A stretch of DNA of 64,000 nucleotides from Nitrospirales bacterium (GCA_965261755.1 OZ253473.1:225175-289174); one strand, 5' to 3'. Counted from the stretch's first letter, positions 26,765-36,809 are shown. Notes: generated by a model not told the origin, from the sequence alone. A program made the numbers and translations.

Positions 26765-27604
26765 ATTTTTTTTGCCCACGTACAACCATAAGGGCGCCGT
26801 AACAAGATGGTCCGGAGACGTGTGAAGGTCGGCTTTTTGTCCGAAGGATTCTCCCTCGTCGGTTTGCGGGATCGTATCGTCTCCGATCAAGAGGGCCACC
26901 GAATCGTGCGGGCCGGCCAACGGCGTCGTATTTTCTCCCGCCATCCGCCCCATCGCCGGCACCGCGTGAAGGGTCCGGCGTTCCACGTCCAAGGCCCAGA
27001 CCGTTCCTCCATACGGATGGCCCAGGGGATCCGAGAATTCTTCCTGAGTCAAGTAGATGGTATCGACAAAATTGAACGTGCCCTTTCCAATCAATTGGCT
27101 CGAACACAGGCGTGACAAGCCCTGTTCGGTATGGGAGACCTCATTGACCTGAAAGCCCGTTTCGACGATCCGGCCTTGCCGGTCACGAATGCTCCGATAC
27201 GCAATTCCACTATTGAGAACCCGTAAGGTCCGGCGATCGATATCCAGAAAGCTGATGCGAGCCCCTGTCAACGTCGCGCCGCTATCGAGTCGGTACGGAT
27301 ATCCTGCCTTGCCATCCAACTCATGATTCACCAGCACCCGGACGGTGTTTTCATCCAACCGATAGGCCCCGAGGCCGTCCAGCGCACCCACGGGTTGATA
27401 CGCCCGATCAGTGAAACGAGAGTCCCGGGAAGGCAAACGGTCGCCAATCGTCAACAGAGCAAGCACTTCCCACGTTCCCTGACCATTCATCATGGAAAGC
27501 GGGGACGGGTGCTTGGACGCGAAGCCCGTCAACGCCACCCCAAGGAGGATCAGACTTACAACCTTCAGCACCTGATTCAATGTGGGCGAATTGACCGATA
27601 ACAC
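26765..27604 (-). pseudogene. PhoX/DUF839-like phosphatase gene, 5' portion (signal peptide plus N-terminal beta-propeller part)
   Basis: Signal-like VVSLILLGVALTGFA, then GALDGLGAYRLDENTVRVLVNHEL, ARISFLDIDRRT, LCSSQL and GGTVWALDV. After ...LWLYVGKKNGN the frame runs into IS sequence and stops. Confidence 0.75.
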
Positions 27605-27901
27605 GTTTCTTCCCTCACGAAGACATCATCAAAAAATCGGCCGTTTCATATTAAAGATCCCCGCGGTTTATGCAAGAGTACTCGTTCAGCACAGATAAGA
27701 CAGTCGAGTCTGGATCTCCCGTTATAACGGCTCCTTTCAAAGAGAATTTCACGTGTTTCTTTCGAGACCCCTTGACAGAGCAGGTTTTTTATAGTAATGA
27801 TTATAATAATCAATGTTATTAAAAGACAAGGGAACGCGACGAGGTTCCGTCGTTCGAGAAAGCCCGCGCGTTATCCGAAAAGAACAAAGGAGAACTCATC
27901 G

Positions 27902-28579
27902 ATGAAAGGTTCCTATACTCTGACGCTTCGACAACCTGTTTCCCCCGTTCCCAATAAAGAAAATCCGTTTTGTCTTGTGCGAGGATTTCTGCAACTCATG
28001 GAAAGCCAGGACCCGCTTATTGTCGGCCATTGCGAACGGACGGCCCAGTTTGCCTTGGCCCTTGGACATGCCATCGAGTTAGCGGACCAGGAACTGCTCC
28101 AGCTTCATTATGCCGCCCTGTTACACGATCTCGGAAAATTTTCTCTCCCGCCTCGCGTTCGAACCGGTACCAATTTATCGCCGGACGAAGAGATGAAACA
28201 TCAATGCCACCCTCGGGTCGGTGCCGCCATTCTTCAACAATGGCCCAGCCTCAATACCGCGTCCGTCCTGATTGCTCACCATCATGAACGATGGGACGGC
28301 TATGGATATCCCTATGGACTTCGGGGAACGTTAATCCCGCTTGGATCCCGAATCCTGAGTATTGCCGACGCGTTTGATAAATTGACTTCTCCCTGTCCTC
28401 ACGGAGAAGGACAACCTTTTGAAAAAGCCGTCCAGGTCCTCACGGGGGGCTCCGGCCTACGATTCGACCCGGAGTTAACCGAACAATTCCTTCTCCTCAT
28501 CCCCAATTTATTCAACGTGAGAAATGAGATCCAATTTTCCTTCTCTCACTATTCCCCGGTCGGCAATTTGGTGAGTTGA
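27902..28579 (+). CDS. HD-GYP domain protein (putative cyclic-di-GMP phosphodiesterase), no receiver domain
   Basis: HCERTAQFA, AALLHDLGK and IAHHHERWDGYGYPYGL are the HD and GYP signatures. ATG 27902 follows AAGGAG. Confidence 0.8.
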   Translation: MKGSYTLTLRQPVSPVPNKENPFCLVRGFLQLMESQDPLIVGHCERTAQFALALGHAIELADQELLQLHYAALLHDLGKFSLPPRVRTGTNLSPDEEMKHQCHPRVGAAILQQWPSLNTASVLIAHHHERWDGYGYPYGLRGTLIPLGSRILSIADAFDKLTSPCPHGEGQPFEKAVQVLTGGSGLRFDPELTEQFLLLIPNLFNVRNEIQFSFSHYSPVGNLVS

Positions 28580-28615
28580 CGCGCCTATGCTACAATTTTC
28601 CCAGCCTAACCGTTC

Positions 28616-28703
28616 TGTCATTCTGAGCCGGAGGCGAAAGAATCTCGTAGTTTAGAATCGCGAGGCTTTAAAAACAGATCCTTTCGCTACGCTCAGGATG
28701 ACA
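28616..28703. repeat. Long imperfect inverted repeat built from GTCAT[TC]CTGAGC...GCGAAAG units (REP-like family)
   Basis: The left arm is TGTCATTCTGAGCCGGAGGCGAAAG (28616-28640). The reverse complement of the right arm (28680-28703) is TGTCATCCTGAGCGTAGCGAAAGG. It lies between the HD-GYP stop and the ogt start. Confidence 0.7.
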
Positions 28704-28723
28704 ACTTCGGGAATGTGTGCAAC

Positions 28724-29263
28724 ATGCCTTCAGCCATCCCCCGTCAAAACGCGTCCCCTGCCAAAAGCCGCGTTCAACGCGATGCCGTTTCCTATTGTGT
28801 CATGCAGAGTCCCGTCGGCAGGATCCTCTTGGCAGGGAATGCCCGCGCATTGACGCACCTCTCGTTTCAGGATGGCCGGCATCCGACCAACCCGGATCCC
28901 CGGTGGACCTATTCCGAAAAACCGTTTCAACACCCTATGCGGCAACTCAAAGAATATTTTTCCGGGAAACGGAAAACGTTCACGATCACACTTGCCCCGC
29001 AGGGAACCCCGTTTCAACAACGAGTCTGGCAGGCTCTTCAGGCCATCCCCTATGGACGAACGCTGTCATACGGACAGATTGCGAAAGCCATTGGGAAGCC
29101 CAAGGCCGCCCGCGCCGTCGGAGCGGCAAACGGGCAGAACCCCGTTTCGATTATCGTCCCCTGTCATCGAGTCATCGGAAGCAATGGGAAACTTGTCGGC
29201 TATGGCGGCGGACTTTCCATTAAAGAAGCCTTACTGGCTCACGAGAGCGGTCACCATCCCTAA
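28724..29263 (+). CDS. ogt: Methylated-DNA--protein-cysteine methyltransferase
   Basis: Active-site IVPCHRVIGSNGKLVGYGGG, preceded by FQQRVWQALQAIPYGRTLSYGQIA. Confidence 0.9.
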   Translation: MPSAIPRQNASPAKSRVQRDAVSYCVMQSPVGRILLAGNARALTHLSFQDGRHPTNPDPRWTYSEKPFQHPMRQLKEYFSGKRKTFTITLAPQGTPFQQRVWQALQAIPYGRTLSYGQIAKAIGKPKAARAVGAANGQNPVSIIVPCHRVIGSNGKLVGYGGGLSIKEALLAHESGHHP

Positions 29264-29295
29264 TGCCCGGGCATCGACCGCGTCGTCATGACGGG

Positions 29296-29703
29296 TTAGG
29301 GACGATTTCCCGTCCGGCTCGACGATGACCGTCTCCGCTGGCTTTCGAGAATGGGCTCAATCCTGGCCGGTGAATAGGTCGGCGGTTTGACCCACTTGCC
29401 GTCGTCTCGTTTATACCCGCCCACCTTGCTCATGTTTGAACGCTGCACTTCCCGGAACACCGGGGCCATGTCGATCCCATAGGAGACGGCCGTGCCGTAC
29501 ACGACGTAGAGAAGATCGGCGAGTTCTTTCGCAATGCAGGGAAGATTCTCTGCTTTCATGGCTTCCTTCAATTCGTCAAACTCTTCCTGAATGAGCCGCT
29601 CGCGCAAGGCCATTGTCTTCGCATCAGGCACACTGGGGCTCTCCGCGACGTGGATGTCGAACTCCTCGTGAAACTCCCGAACCATTTTTTGCGCTTCGTC
29701 CAT
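29296..29703 (-). CDS. MazG-like nucleotide pyrophosphohydrolase
   Basis: RERLIQEEFDELKEA and ELADLLYVVYGTA form the EExxE...D-type MazG helix pattern. Confidence 0.7.
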   Translation of the reverse strand: MDEAQKMVREFHEEFDIHVAESPSVPDAKTMALRERLIQEEFDELKEAMKAENLPCIAKELADLLYVVYGTAVSYGIDMAPVFREVQRSNMSKVGGYKRDDGKWVKPPTYSPARIEPILESQRRRSSSSRTGNRP

Positions 29704-29729
29704 TCCCCATCCTTTCGGTCAAGTACTGG

Positions 29730-31073
29730 TTACAAAGCCAGAATCATATAGACGTCGTTCACGTTCGTGCCGGTCGGTCCGGTGACGACGTGGCCGCCCG
29801 CCCGGTAAAAAAAACGATAGCTGTCATTCTCCCGAAGCGCCGCTTCATGGCTTATTCCCTTCTCCTTGGCCCGGCTGAGGGTTCCCCCATCTACGATGGC
29901 CCCCGCCGCCGCCGTCGGACCATCGGTGCCATCGGTGCCGACACCGGCCACGAACACCTGAGGCAACCCTTCGAGTGCGGGAGCGGCGGCCAAGGCAAAT
30001 TCCTGGGCACGCCCCCCAGTCCCCTTCCCTTTCACGGTCACGGTGAGTTCTCCACCGGCCAGAAGACATGCCGGAGGTCGAACGGGGTTTCCTGAAACAT
30101 GCATTTCTTTGGCGAGATGCCCAAAGAGTTTCCCGATCTCACGCGCTTCTCCGGACAAGGTTGTCGTCAGGATCAGGGGACGGAGTCCCAACGCCTTGGC
30201 TCGTTTGGCCATGCGTTCGATTGCAGTGTGGTTATTGCCGATCACGTGATGCTGGATCCGGGAAAACAGTGCTTCACCGGGTTTGGGTGTCTCGGGTATG
30301 CGTCCTTGTGCTCCACGATCCACATGTCGTCGAACGGCTAAGGGAATCCGGTTCCTGATGTCGAACGTGTCGAGCACTCTTTTTGCATCTGAAAACGTCG
30401 AGGGATCCGGGGCCATGGGGCCCGAACCGATCGTCGCCAGATCATCACCCGGCACGTCCGAAAGAACGAGCGCAATGACCGTGGCCGTCGTGGCACCGGC
30501 CAGGCGGCCGCCCTTGATCCCGGATACGTGCTTGCGCACCGTGTTGATTTCTTGAATGGTGGCTCCACTTCGGAGCAGTAACCGGGTGGTGAGTTGTTTC
30601 TCCTTCAAGGTCAGGCCGGCGGCCGGGGCTGCCAAAAGACTCGACGCTCCGCCGGACAGCACCATCAAGACCAGATCGCGGTCCGTCAGCGATCCAAGAA
30701 GCCGCATGATCCTTCGCGCGGCTTTTTCACTGCGATGATCGGGAACCGGATGCCGGGCCTCGAGCAGTCGTATCCTTTTCGTTTTCCCTGCATGGCCATC
30801 GTTGACCACCACAAGGCCACCTTCCAACCGAGACCCGAATTGTCGTTCCACCGCCGCCGCCATGGTCCCCGAGGCTTTCCCTGCCCCGATGCACACGATG
30901 CGCGAAAATCCGGCGAGATCGTACTCACGCGTGCCCACCCTGAGGCTGTTGTTCTTGATCCGGACGGCACGCTGAATCGCCGACTCGGGATCGGCGGCAT
31001 CCAACCCCGCGAGAAGCAGTTGCTTGAGAATCGTTCGAATGTGTGTATCGGGGCAATCGATACGGATTTGCAT
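29730..31073 (-). CDS. Glycerate 2-kinase / hydroxypyruvate reductase-like protein (DUF4147 + MOFRL)
   Basis: IGAGKASGTMAAAVE lies N-terminal. LAGGELTVTVKGKGTGGRAQEFALAAA and GTDGTDGPTAAAGAIVDG lie in the C-terminal MOFRL domain. Confidence 0.8.
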   Translation of the reverse strand: MQIRIDCPDTHIRTILKQLLLAGLDAADPESAIQRAVRIKNNSLRVGTREYDLAGFSRIVCIGAGKASGTMAAAVERQFGSRLEGGLVVVNDGHAGKTKRIRLLEARHPVPDHRSEKAARRIMRLLGSLTDRDLVLMVLSGGASSLLAAPAAGLTLKEKQLTTRLLLRSGATIQEINTVRKHVSGIKGGRLAGATTATVIALVLSDVPGDDLATIGSGPMAPDPSTFSDAKRVLDTFDIRNRIPLAVRRHVDRGAQGRIPETPKPGEALFSRIQHHVIGNNHTAIERMAKRAKALGLRPLILTTTLSGEAREIGKLFGHLAKEMHVSGNPVRPPACLLAGGELTVTVKGKGTGGRAQEFALAAAPALEGLPQVFVAGVGTDGTDGPTAAAGAIVDGGTLSRAKEKGISHEAALRENDSYRFFYRAGGHVVTGPTGTNVNDVYMILAL

Positions 31074-31108
31074 GTATTTCCCGGCTCGTTCGTTATGATA
31101 CGATTTCC

Positions 31109-31795
31109 ATGATGCGCAGTCTCAACGTTTTACATCAGACCATCGCCGATTGCACGCGTTGTCCACGCTTGACCGCCTACCGTCGAGAGGTCGCCGCCAC
31201 GAAGGTGAAACGGTTTCAGGAGTGGGAGTATTGGGGGCGGCCCGTTCCCGGGTTTGGAGATCCCCGTGCGAGACTCTACGTCATTGGGTTGGCGCCGGCA
31301 GCTCATGGCGGAAATCGGACCGGACGAGTGTTCACCGGTGACCGAAGCGGAGACTGGCTTTATGAGGCCCTATTTCGATTCGGATTCGCCAATCAGGCCG
31401 AGTCCACCCATCGGGACGACGGGCTGCGGTTGACGGATTGTTACGTGGGCGCGGCCGTGCGTTGCGCTCCACCGGGCAATAAACCATCGAGAGAAGAATT
31501 TGAAACATGCCGGCCTTACGTCCTCGAAGAACTCCGTTTGTTGAAACGAATCGCCGTGGTCGTGGCCTTGGGGAAAATCGCCTTCGATGAATATGTGACG
31601 GCCGCCGGAGCGCCGGGACGTGTCATCGGCAAACCCAAGTTCGGGCACGGAATCAGCTATGCCACGGACTGGGGAGTCACCTTGTTAGGGTCTTACCACC
31701 CCAGCCAACAAAATACCTTTACCGGAAAACTCACCCGTCCCATGTTTCATCGCGTGTTTCGGCGCGCTCGGCAGTTGGTGGACGGACGGCCCTGA
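31109..31795 (+). CDS. Uracil-DNA glycosylase, family 5 (UDGb)-like
   Basis: CTRCPRL, then GLAPAAHGGNRTGRVFTGD (the family-5 motif instead of the family-4 GEAPG..E), then LLGSYHPSQQN. Confidence 0.75.
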   Translation: MMRSLNVLHQTIADCTRCPRLTAYRREVAATKVKRFQEWEYWGRPVPGFGDPRARLYVIGLAPAAHGGNRTGRVFTGDRSGDWLYEALFRFGFANQAESTHRDDGLRLTDCYVGAAVRCAPPGNKPSREEFETCRPYVLEELRLLKRIAVVVALGKIAFDEYVTAAGAPGRVIGKPKFGHGISYATDWGVTLLGSYHPSQQNTFTGKLTRPMFHRVFRRARQLVDGRP

Positions 31796-31800
31796 CGGGG

Positions 31801-32454
31801 TTACCCTTTCGGCGCGTTTCGGGCTTCCCAATCGGTCAGGAATTTCTTGAGTCCGATGTCCGTGAGCGGATGCTTGGCCAATTGTTGAAAGACGCCATAG
31901 GGCATGGTGCAAATGTCGGCGCATGTCAACGCGGCTTCCACCACGTGCTGTGGATGTCTGATGCTTGCCACAAGCACCAGGGTGGGAAAATCGTAATTGT
32001 GAAAAATGGTCACGATTTGCCGGATGAGTTCCATGCCGTCACTGCTGACGTCATCCAACCGGCCGATAAAAGGCGACACGCACCACGCGCCGGCTTTCGC
32101 GGCCAGCAGGGCTTGAGTCGGCGAAAAACACAACGTGACGTTGACCCGAATGCCTTCGCCGGCCAGGCGTTTGGTTGCAGCCAATCCTTCCGGAATCAAG
32201 GGGCACTTGACCACGACGTTGGGGTGAATGCGGGCCAATTCCCGACCTTCCTTGACCATGGCCTCAGCCTCAATGCTCACGACCTCCGCACTGACCGGGC
32301 CATCGACGAGTTGACAAATTTCCAGGATCAAGTCCTTGAAGTCCCGCCCCTCTTTGGAGACCAATGAGGGGTTGGTGGTGACTCCGTCCAGAATCCCCAT
32401 ACGAGCGGCTTCGGCAATTTCTTTGACGTTACCGGTATCCAAGTAGATTTTCAT
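31801..32454 (-). CDS. tal: Transaldolase (type 3B) / fructose-6-phosphate aldolase
   Basis: [27 protein letters not shown] and [10 protein letters not shown]. The length of 217 aa fits. Confidence 0.9.
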   Translation of the reverse strand: MKIYLDTGNVKEIAEAARMGILDGVTTNPSLVSKEGRDFKDLILEICQLVDGPVSAEVVSIEAEAMVKEGRELARIHPNVVVKCPLIPEGLAATKRLAGEGIRVNVTLCFSPTQALLAAKAGAWCVSPFIGRLDDVSSDGMELIRQIVTIFHNYDFPTLVLVASIRHPQHVVEAALTCADICTMPYGVFQQLAKHPLTDIGLKKFLTDWEARNAPKG

Positions 32455-32722
32455 CGTCTTCCTCCCTCATCACGTTGGTGGAGCTTTTTTCTCGTTCACA
32501 TGGGTATAGCATGGCCCCATGATCACCATTCCAAACCGTCTTCAACGCGCGTATTGTAATCGAGCCTGTAGAACATTGACAATCGGAAACACCTAGCGTG
32601 GTTTCAGAAGTGGCCCCCATTTCTTCATTTGACTGGACACCGCGCCAGGGTTACGATTTTGTCAGGCGTTTCAGGGAAATCACCGAGTCAAGGTTCTCCG
32701 GCCTTTTCCTCTCGCCTTTCTT

Positions 32723-33085
32723 ATGATGAAGCGTTCAGCGAAGATGCCCCTCGAAACCCTCACCATGAAGGCCCGGACGTTGCTCCTTTGCTTTCTGCTT
32801 CTCGGGACGTTGGTTGCAGGTGGCTGCGGCACGCCTCCTTATCAGGAGACCCCACCTGCCTCCGCCGGGATCAAAGGGCAATCGCAAGCGTGGTTTCAAG
32901 AACATTGGGGCAAGCCCGGTGCCAAATCAAAGCGGTTCTTTGGAGGCGAGACCTGGGTATATTTCCGCCTTACCGGCGGCAAATCATCTTTCCCGTTTTC
33001 CAATATGGCCCCCGCCGAATGCCAAATTCGTTTAGACTTCGATAAAGAAGGCAAACTCGAACATTCAGGCTATTCCGGCTGCTGA
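32723..33085 (+). CDS. Hypothetical lipoprotein (possibly SmpA/OmlA-like)
   Basis: LLLCFLLLGTLVAGGCGTP is a lipobox. The start may be ATG 32765. Confidence 0.5.
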   Translation: MMKRSAKMPLETLTMKARTLLLCFLLLGTLVAGGCGTPPYQETPPASAGIKGQSQAWFQEHWGKPGAKSKRFFGGETWVYFRLTGGKSSFPFSNMAPAECQIRLDFDKEGKLEHSGYSGC

Positions 33086-33118
33086 ACGCATTGCCATGGG
33101 TTCACCTTCCTGACTCGC

Positions 33119-33877
33119 ATGCCTTATTCCCAACGGGACATACACGTCTACCCGACTTCCCAAGCTTTGCTGGAAGCCGCGGCACAACACCTTCTTGACC
33201 ATGCGCGGCTGGCCATCGAGACACGAAACTCGTTTACCATCGCCCTTGCCGGAGGCTCAACACCGAAAGGCCTCTATGCGATGCTTGCCGCCCCACCGTT
33301 CCGGAGTCAACTCGATTGGACGAAAATCCGGTTTTTTTGGGGAGATGAACGTCACGTCCCACCGGATCATGCGGACAGTAATTATCGAATGACCCATGAA
33401 GCGCTCCTCAGCCACCTGCCCATTTCCATGACGCACGTTCATCGCGTGCCGAGCGAACTCCCTGATGCCCAAACCGTTGCCGACCAGTATGAAGCCGTGC
33501 TGCGCAAGCATTTCGACGTCTCAGGACCGGAAATCCCTCGTTTCGATTTCATCCTGTTGGGCATGGGACCGGACGGTCATACCGCTTCCCTGTTCCCGGG
33601 CACCCAGGCCGTTCATGAAACGAACCGGCTCGTTGCCGCCCCATGGGTAGAAAGGTTGCAGACCTCCCGGATCACCTTCACCCCGATTCTTCTCAATCAC
33701 GCCCGGCAAGTCACGTTTCTCATCTGTGGCCACACCAAAGCCGAAACGCTGCATACCGTGCTTGAAGGACCTTTTCAACCTGACACACTCCCTGCTCAAG
33801 TCATTGGTCCACGGGCCGGGACTTTGACGTGGTTTGTGGACCAGGAGGCCGCCGGCGCCCTGACCTTCCTGCAATAG
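33119..33877 (+). CDS. pgl: 6-phosphogluconolactonase
   Basis: IALAGGSTPKGLY, FWGDERHVPPDHADSNY and LGMGPDGHTASLFPG. Confidence 0.9.
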   Translation: MPYSQRDIHVYPTSQALLEAAAQHLLDHARLAIETRNSFTIALAGGSTPKGLYAMLAAPPFRSQLDWTKIRFFWGDERHVPPDHADSNYRMTHEALLSHLPISMTHVHRVPSELPDAQTVADQYEAVLRKHFDVSGPEIPRFDFILLGMGPDGHTASLFPGTQAVHETNRLVAAPWVERLQTSRITFTPILLNHARQVTFLICGHTKAETLHTVLEGPFQPDTLPAQVIGPRAGTLTWFVDQEAAGALTFLQ

Positions 33878-33979
33878 GCAGACGTTCGGCCTTCTCTTAG
33901 CCATACGGTTCGTTGTATGTTGTAAGTAGAGCGTTGTCTGATGAAGCGTACCCTTGGGCTCTAATCTGAATGTGAGGTC

Positions 33980-35167
33980 ATGATGGAATCTCATTGCATT
34001 ACTCAATCCGTCACCGAACGATATGCCCATGCCGTAACCACGGGAGAAGAAATGTGCTGTCCCACTGGATACAATCATGATGAGTTACGGACGTTTATTC
34101 CCGAACCGATTCTCAAAGTCTCTTACGGGTGTGGCACGCCGGTCGGCCTCACGACCGTTCAGCCGGGTGAAACCGTGCTCGATATCGGATCGGGCGGTGG
34201 GATCGACTGCTTCGAGGCCTCTCGTCGAGTAGGGGAGACCGGTCGAGTGATTGGGATTGATATGACCGATGAAATGCTGGCCCTGGCAAACTCCCACGCC
34301 CCGACAGTCGCCAGGAACCTGGGATACAGGGAATCCAACGTGGAATTTCTCAAGGGGCAGGCTGAAACGATGCCGGTCGAGGATGAAAGCGTCGATCTGA
34401 TTGTTTCCAATTGTGTCATTAATCTCTCACCGGATAAATCCAGCGTCTTCCGCGAAATGTTTCGCGTGTTAAAGCCTGGAGGCCGATTTTCTATTTCGGA
34501 TATCGTGGCCGACCAACCCCTGCCTCACTATTTAATGCATGACAGGGAGAAATGGGGTGACTGTCTCTCAGGGGCTCTTCCACTCCATGAATACTGGAAT
34601 GGCCTGCGTCGCGCCGGCTTCCGGGATATTCACCAAGTCTCGATCCTTCCGTGGCGTGTGATTGACGGCATCCATTTGTTTTCAGTCACTTTGTCCGGAT
34701 TTAAAATGACACCTGTGCCCCAAGATTCCTTTCCATTCGCCACACTGAAAGGGCCGTTCCGGCAGGTAAAGGACGAACTGGGGCAGACGTACCGACGAGG
34801 GATACCTGAGCCTCTCGATCACAAAACTTCAGCCTTGCTACACATGCCGTTCTATGAGAAACTCTTCAACTTTACCGATACTCCCGTAGGCTTGACTCAA
34901 GCTGATCCGCAATGGTCGGCGGTGTTCCCTGAAGAAGCTCCACGTGTGTGGAACGGGGATTTTGCCATACTCACCGGACCGTTTCTTGAAGTGCAGGACG
35001 ACGATGGGCATACCTTTGTATGCGGTGTACCAATGGAAATTTGCTCAAAAACCCGGAAGGTACTTGGACATGAGTTATACACACCGTACTTCGGAATATT
35101 CAATCGAGCAGGAGAGGACGTCTCCGTTGAATCACGTCACGACCAACCGTCAGGCCAATGCTGCTAA
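33980..35167 (+). CDS. arsM: Arsenite methyltransferase-like SAM-dependent methyltransferase
   Basis: VTERYAH...CCPTGY...SYGCGTP cysteine-rich N-terminus plus motif I VLDIGSGGGID and VISNCVINL-type VSNCVINLSPDK. A C-terminal extension of about 150 aa follows. Confidence 0.7.
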   Translation: MMESHCITQSVTERYAHAVTTGEEMCCPTGYNHDELRTFIPEPILKVSYGCGTPVGLTTVQPGETVLDIGSGGGIDCFEASRRVGETGRVIGIDMTDEMLALANSHAPTVARNLGYRESNVEFLKGQAETMPVEDESVDLIVSNCVINLSPDKSSVFREMFRVLKPGGRFSISDIVADQPLPHYLMHDREKWGDCLSGALPLHEYWNGLRRAGFRDIHQVSILPWRVIDGIHLFSVTLSGFKMTPVPQDSFPFATLKGPFRQVKDELGQTYRRGIPEPLDHKTSALLHMPFYEKLFNFTDTPVGLTQADPQWSAVFPEEAPRVWNGDFAILTGPFLEVQDDDGHTFVCGVPMEICSKTRKVLGHELYTPYFGIFNRAGEDVSVESRHDQPSGQCC

Positions 35168-35213
35168 CGAATTGGAGACGATCACGAATCTTCCGCTGGG
35201 AACCCGTCAACCG

Positions 35214-36209
35214 ATGAAAGAACGTACGATGTCGCATATTCCCGTGCTCCCCAATCTCTTTTCACGAACCCTGAAGGAACATGGGGTGCTCCCCCTCCGC
35301 GCCAGGACTATTCACACGTTGCAGGTGAACGTCGGGAAACTCTGCAACCAAACCTGTCATCATTGTCACGTCGACGCCGGACCCTCCCGGACGGAAATTA
35401 TGAGCCGGGAGACGATGGAGATCGTTCTCACGGTCCTTCGACGCCATCCTGAGATCACCACCGTGGACGTGACCGGAGGGGCCCCGGAAATGAATCCGCA
35501 CTTTGAATATCTCGTTTCAGAATCTCGTGCCCTCGGGAGAACGGTGCTCGACCGCTGCAATTTGACGGTCTTTTCCGTCAAAGGAAAATCCCACCTTCCC
35601 CGATTTCTGGCCGATCACCAGGTGGAGATCAGCGCCTCCTTACCCTGCTATCTTGAGGAGAACGTGGATCAGCAACGGGGAAAGGGGGTTTTTACACGGA
35701 GTCTGGCTGCCTTACGACAATTGAACACGTTAGGCTATGGAAGCGAGGACACGGGCCTGGTGTTGAATCTCGTCTACAACCCGTTGGGACCGAACCTGCC
35801 TCCCGATCAACGGGAATTGGAGGAAGCCTATAAGGATCAACTTTTCTCGCGTTTCGGTATCAGGTTCAATCAACTGTATACCATCACCAATATGCCCATT
35901 AACCGTTTCCTGAACGACCTGTACGCCCAAGGCAACTATGAAGCATACATGAGCCTTCTTATCGAGAGTTTCAACCCGCACTCGGTCGAAAACCTGATGT
36001 GCCGAAGCTTGCTCAGCGTGGGATGGGACGGACGACTGTACGATTGCGATTTTAATCAGATGCTCGATTTACCCGTGGGCCGCGACCTGCCGCAAACGAT
36101 AGCGGAGTTTGATTTCGAGGCTTTGGCCCGGCGCTCGATTATCATCGGCCAACATTGTTATGGGTGCACGGCCGGTGCGGGATCATCCTGCGGCGGGGCG
36201 ATTGCCTGA
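35214..36209 (+). CDS. arsS: Arsenosugar-biosynthesis-type radical SAM protein (ArsS family), Cys rather than Sec form
   Basis: Radical SAM CNQTCHHCHV, TGGAPEMNPHF and the C-terminal CYGCTAGAGSSCGG characteristic of the ArsS family. The start is ATG 35214 or 35229. The upstream part of track ORF 34944 overlaps arsM. Confidence 0.7.
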   Translation: MKERTMSHIPVLPNLFSRTLKEHGVLPLRARTIHTLQVNVGKLCNQTCHHCHVDAGPSRTEIMSRETMEIVLTVLRRHPEITTVDVTGGAPEMNPHFEYLVSESRALGRTVLDRCNLTVFSVKGKSHLPRFLADHQVEISASLPCYLEENVDQQRGKGVFTRSLAALRQLNTLGYGSEDTGLVLNLVYNPLGPNLPPDQRELEEAYKDQLFSRFGIRFNQLYTITNMPINRFLNDLYAQGNYEAYMSLLIESFNPHSVENLMCRSLLSVGWDGRLYDCDFNQMLDLPVGRDLPQTIAEFDFEALARRSIIIGQHCYGCTAGAGSSCGGAIA

Positions 36210-36252
36210 TACCTTCCACTCTTGCCGCTCTCCGGGGACCTGCTTCTCCGAC

Positions 36253-36513
36253 CTATCCGGACATATAGCTTTTGAATTTATGGGCACATTCGTTGCTGCA
36301 AAAGTGGTAATGCTGGCCTCCGATATTTTCAACCACCGCAGCACCCGCCGTGATATACATTTTGCAGACGGGGTCTTGAACCATCATATCCTTCGAGGGC
36401 AAGGAGGGATCGGCGGATTTGGGGCTTCGGAAATCGCGAAAGGATTTCCGGATCATCAAAAACAAAACAATCAGAAGAATTAAAATGAAAATGATGCGCC
36501 ACATGTTTGCCAC
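36253..36513 (-). CDS. YHS/TRASH-domain protein with an N-terminal TM anchor
   Basis: WRIIFILILLIVLFLMI is a TM segment. DPVCKMYI...HYHFCSNECAHKF is the YHS metal-binding pattern. Confidence 0.7.
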   Translation of the reverse strand: MANMWRIIFILILLIVLFLMIRKSFRDFRSPKSADPSLPSKDMMVQDPVCKMYITAGAAVVENIGGQHYHFCSNECAHKFKSYMSG

Positions 36514-36809
36514 ACAGTCTATCGGTGGTTGCCGCTATGGGATGACCCAGTATACTGATTTCTTTTCCCTTGGCCAATGCCCCGGATCGGCTCATCCTGG
36601 CCGCCAACCTTTCCACGCCCGATTGCCGGATGGATGTTCATCCTGCTAGGATTGCGCATGGAATCAACCCTGCGTTGCCGCCATCGAGTGTTCAGGATGA
36701 AACCCTCGCACCCCATGCCTTCGGTAAACGCACAAGGCTCAGTTCGTTCCGGCTGAACCTTCTGGTCGGGGTCACCACGTCACCTTGTTGAAAAAAAGAG
36801 AGGTTGTTG

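Noticed and set aside
27772-27800. A TTGACA hexamer upstream of the HD-GYP gene, considered as a promoter.
   Set aside because: The best -10-like hexamer (TATAGT) is only 12 nt away, and the hexamer at 17-nt spacing (TAATGA) is poor. The promoter architecture is not supported.
35214-36209. Checked whether ArsS is a selenoprotein (in-frame TGA in the C-terminal GSS[U/C]GG motif).
   Set aside because: The motif reads GSSCGG with a TGC codon, and the ORF is uninterrupted. There is no recoding signal.
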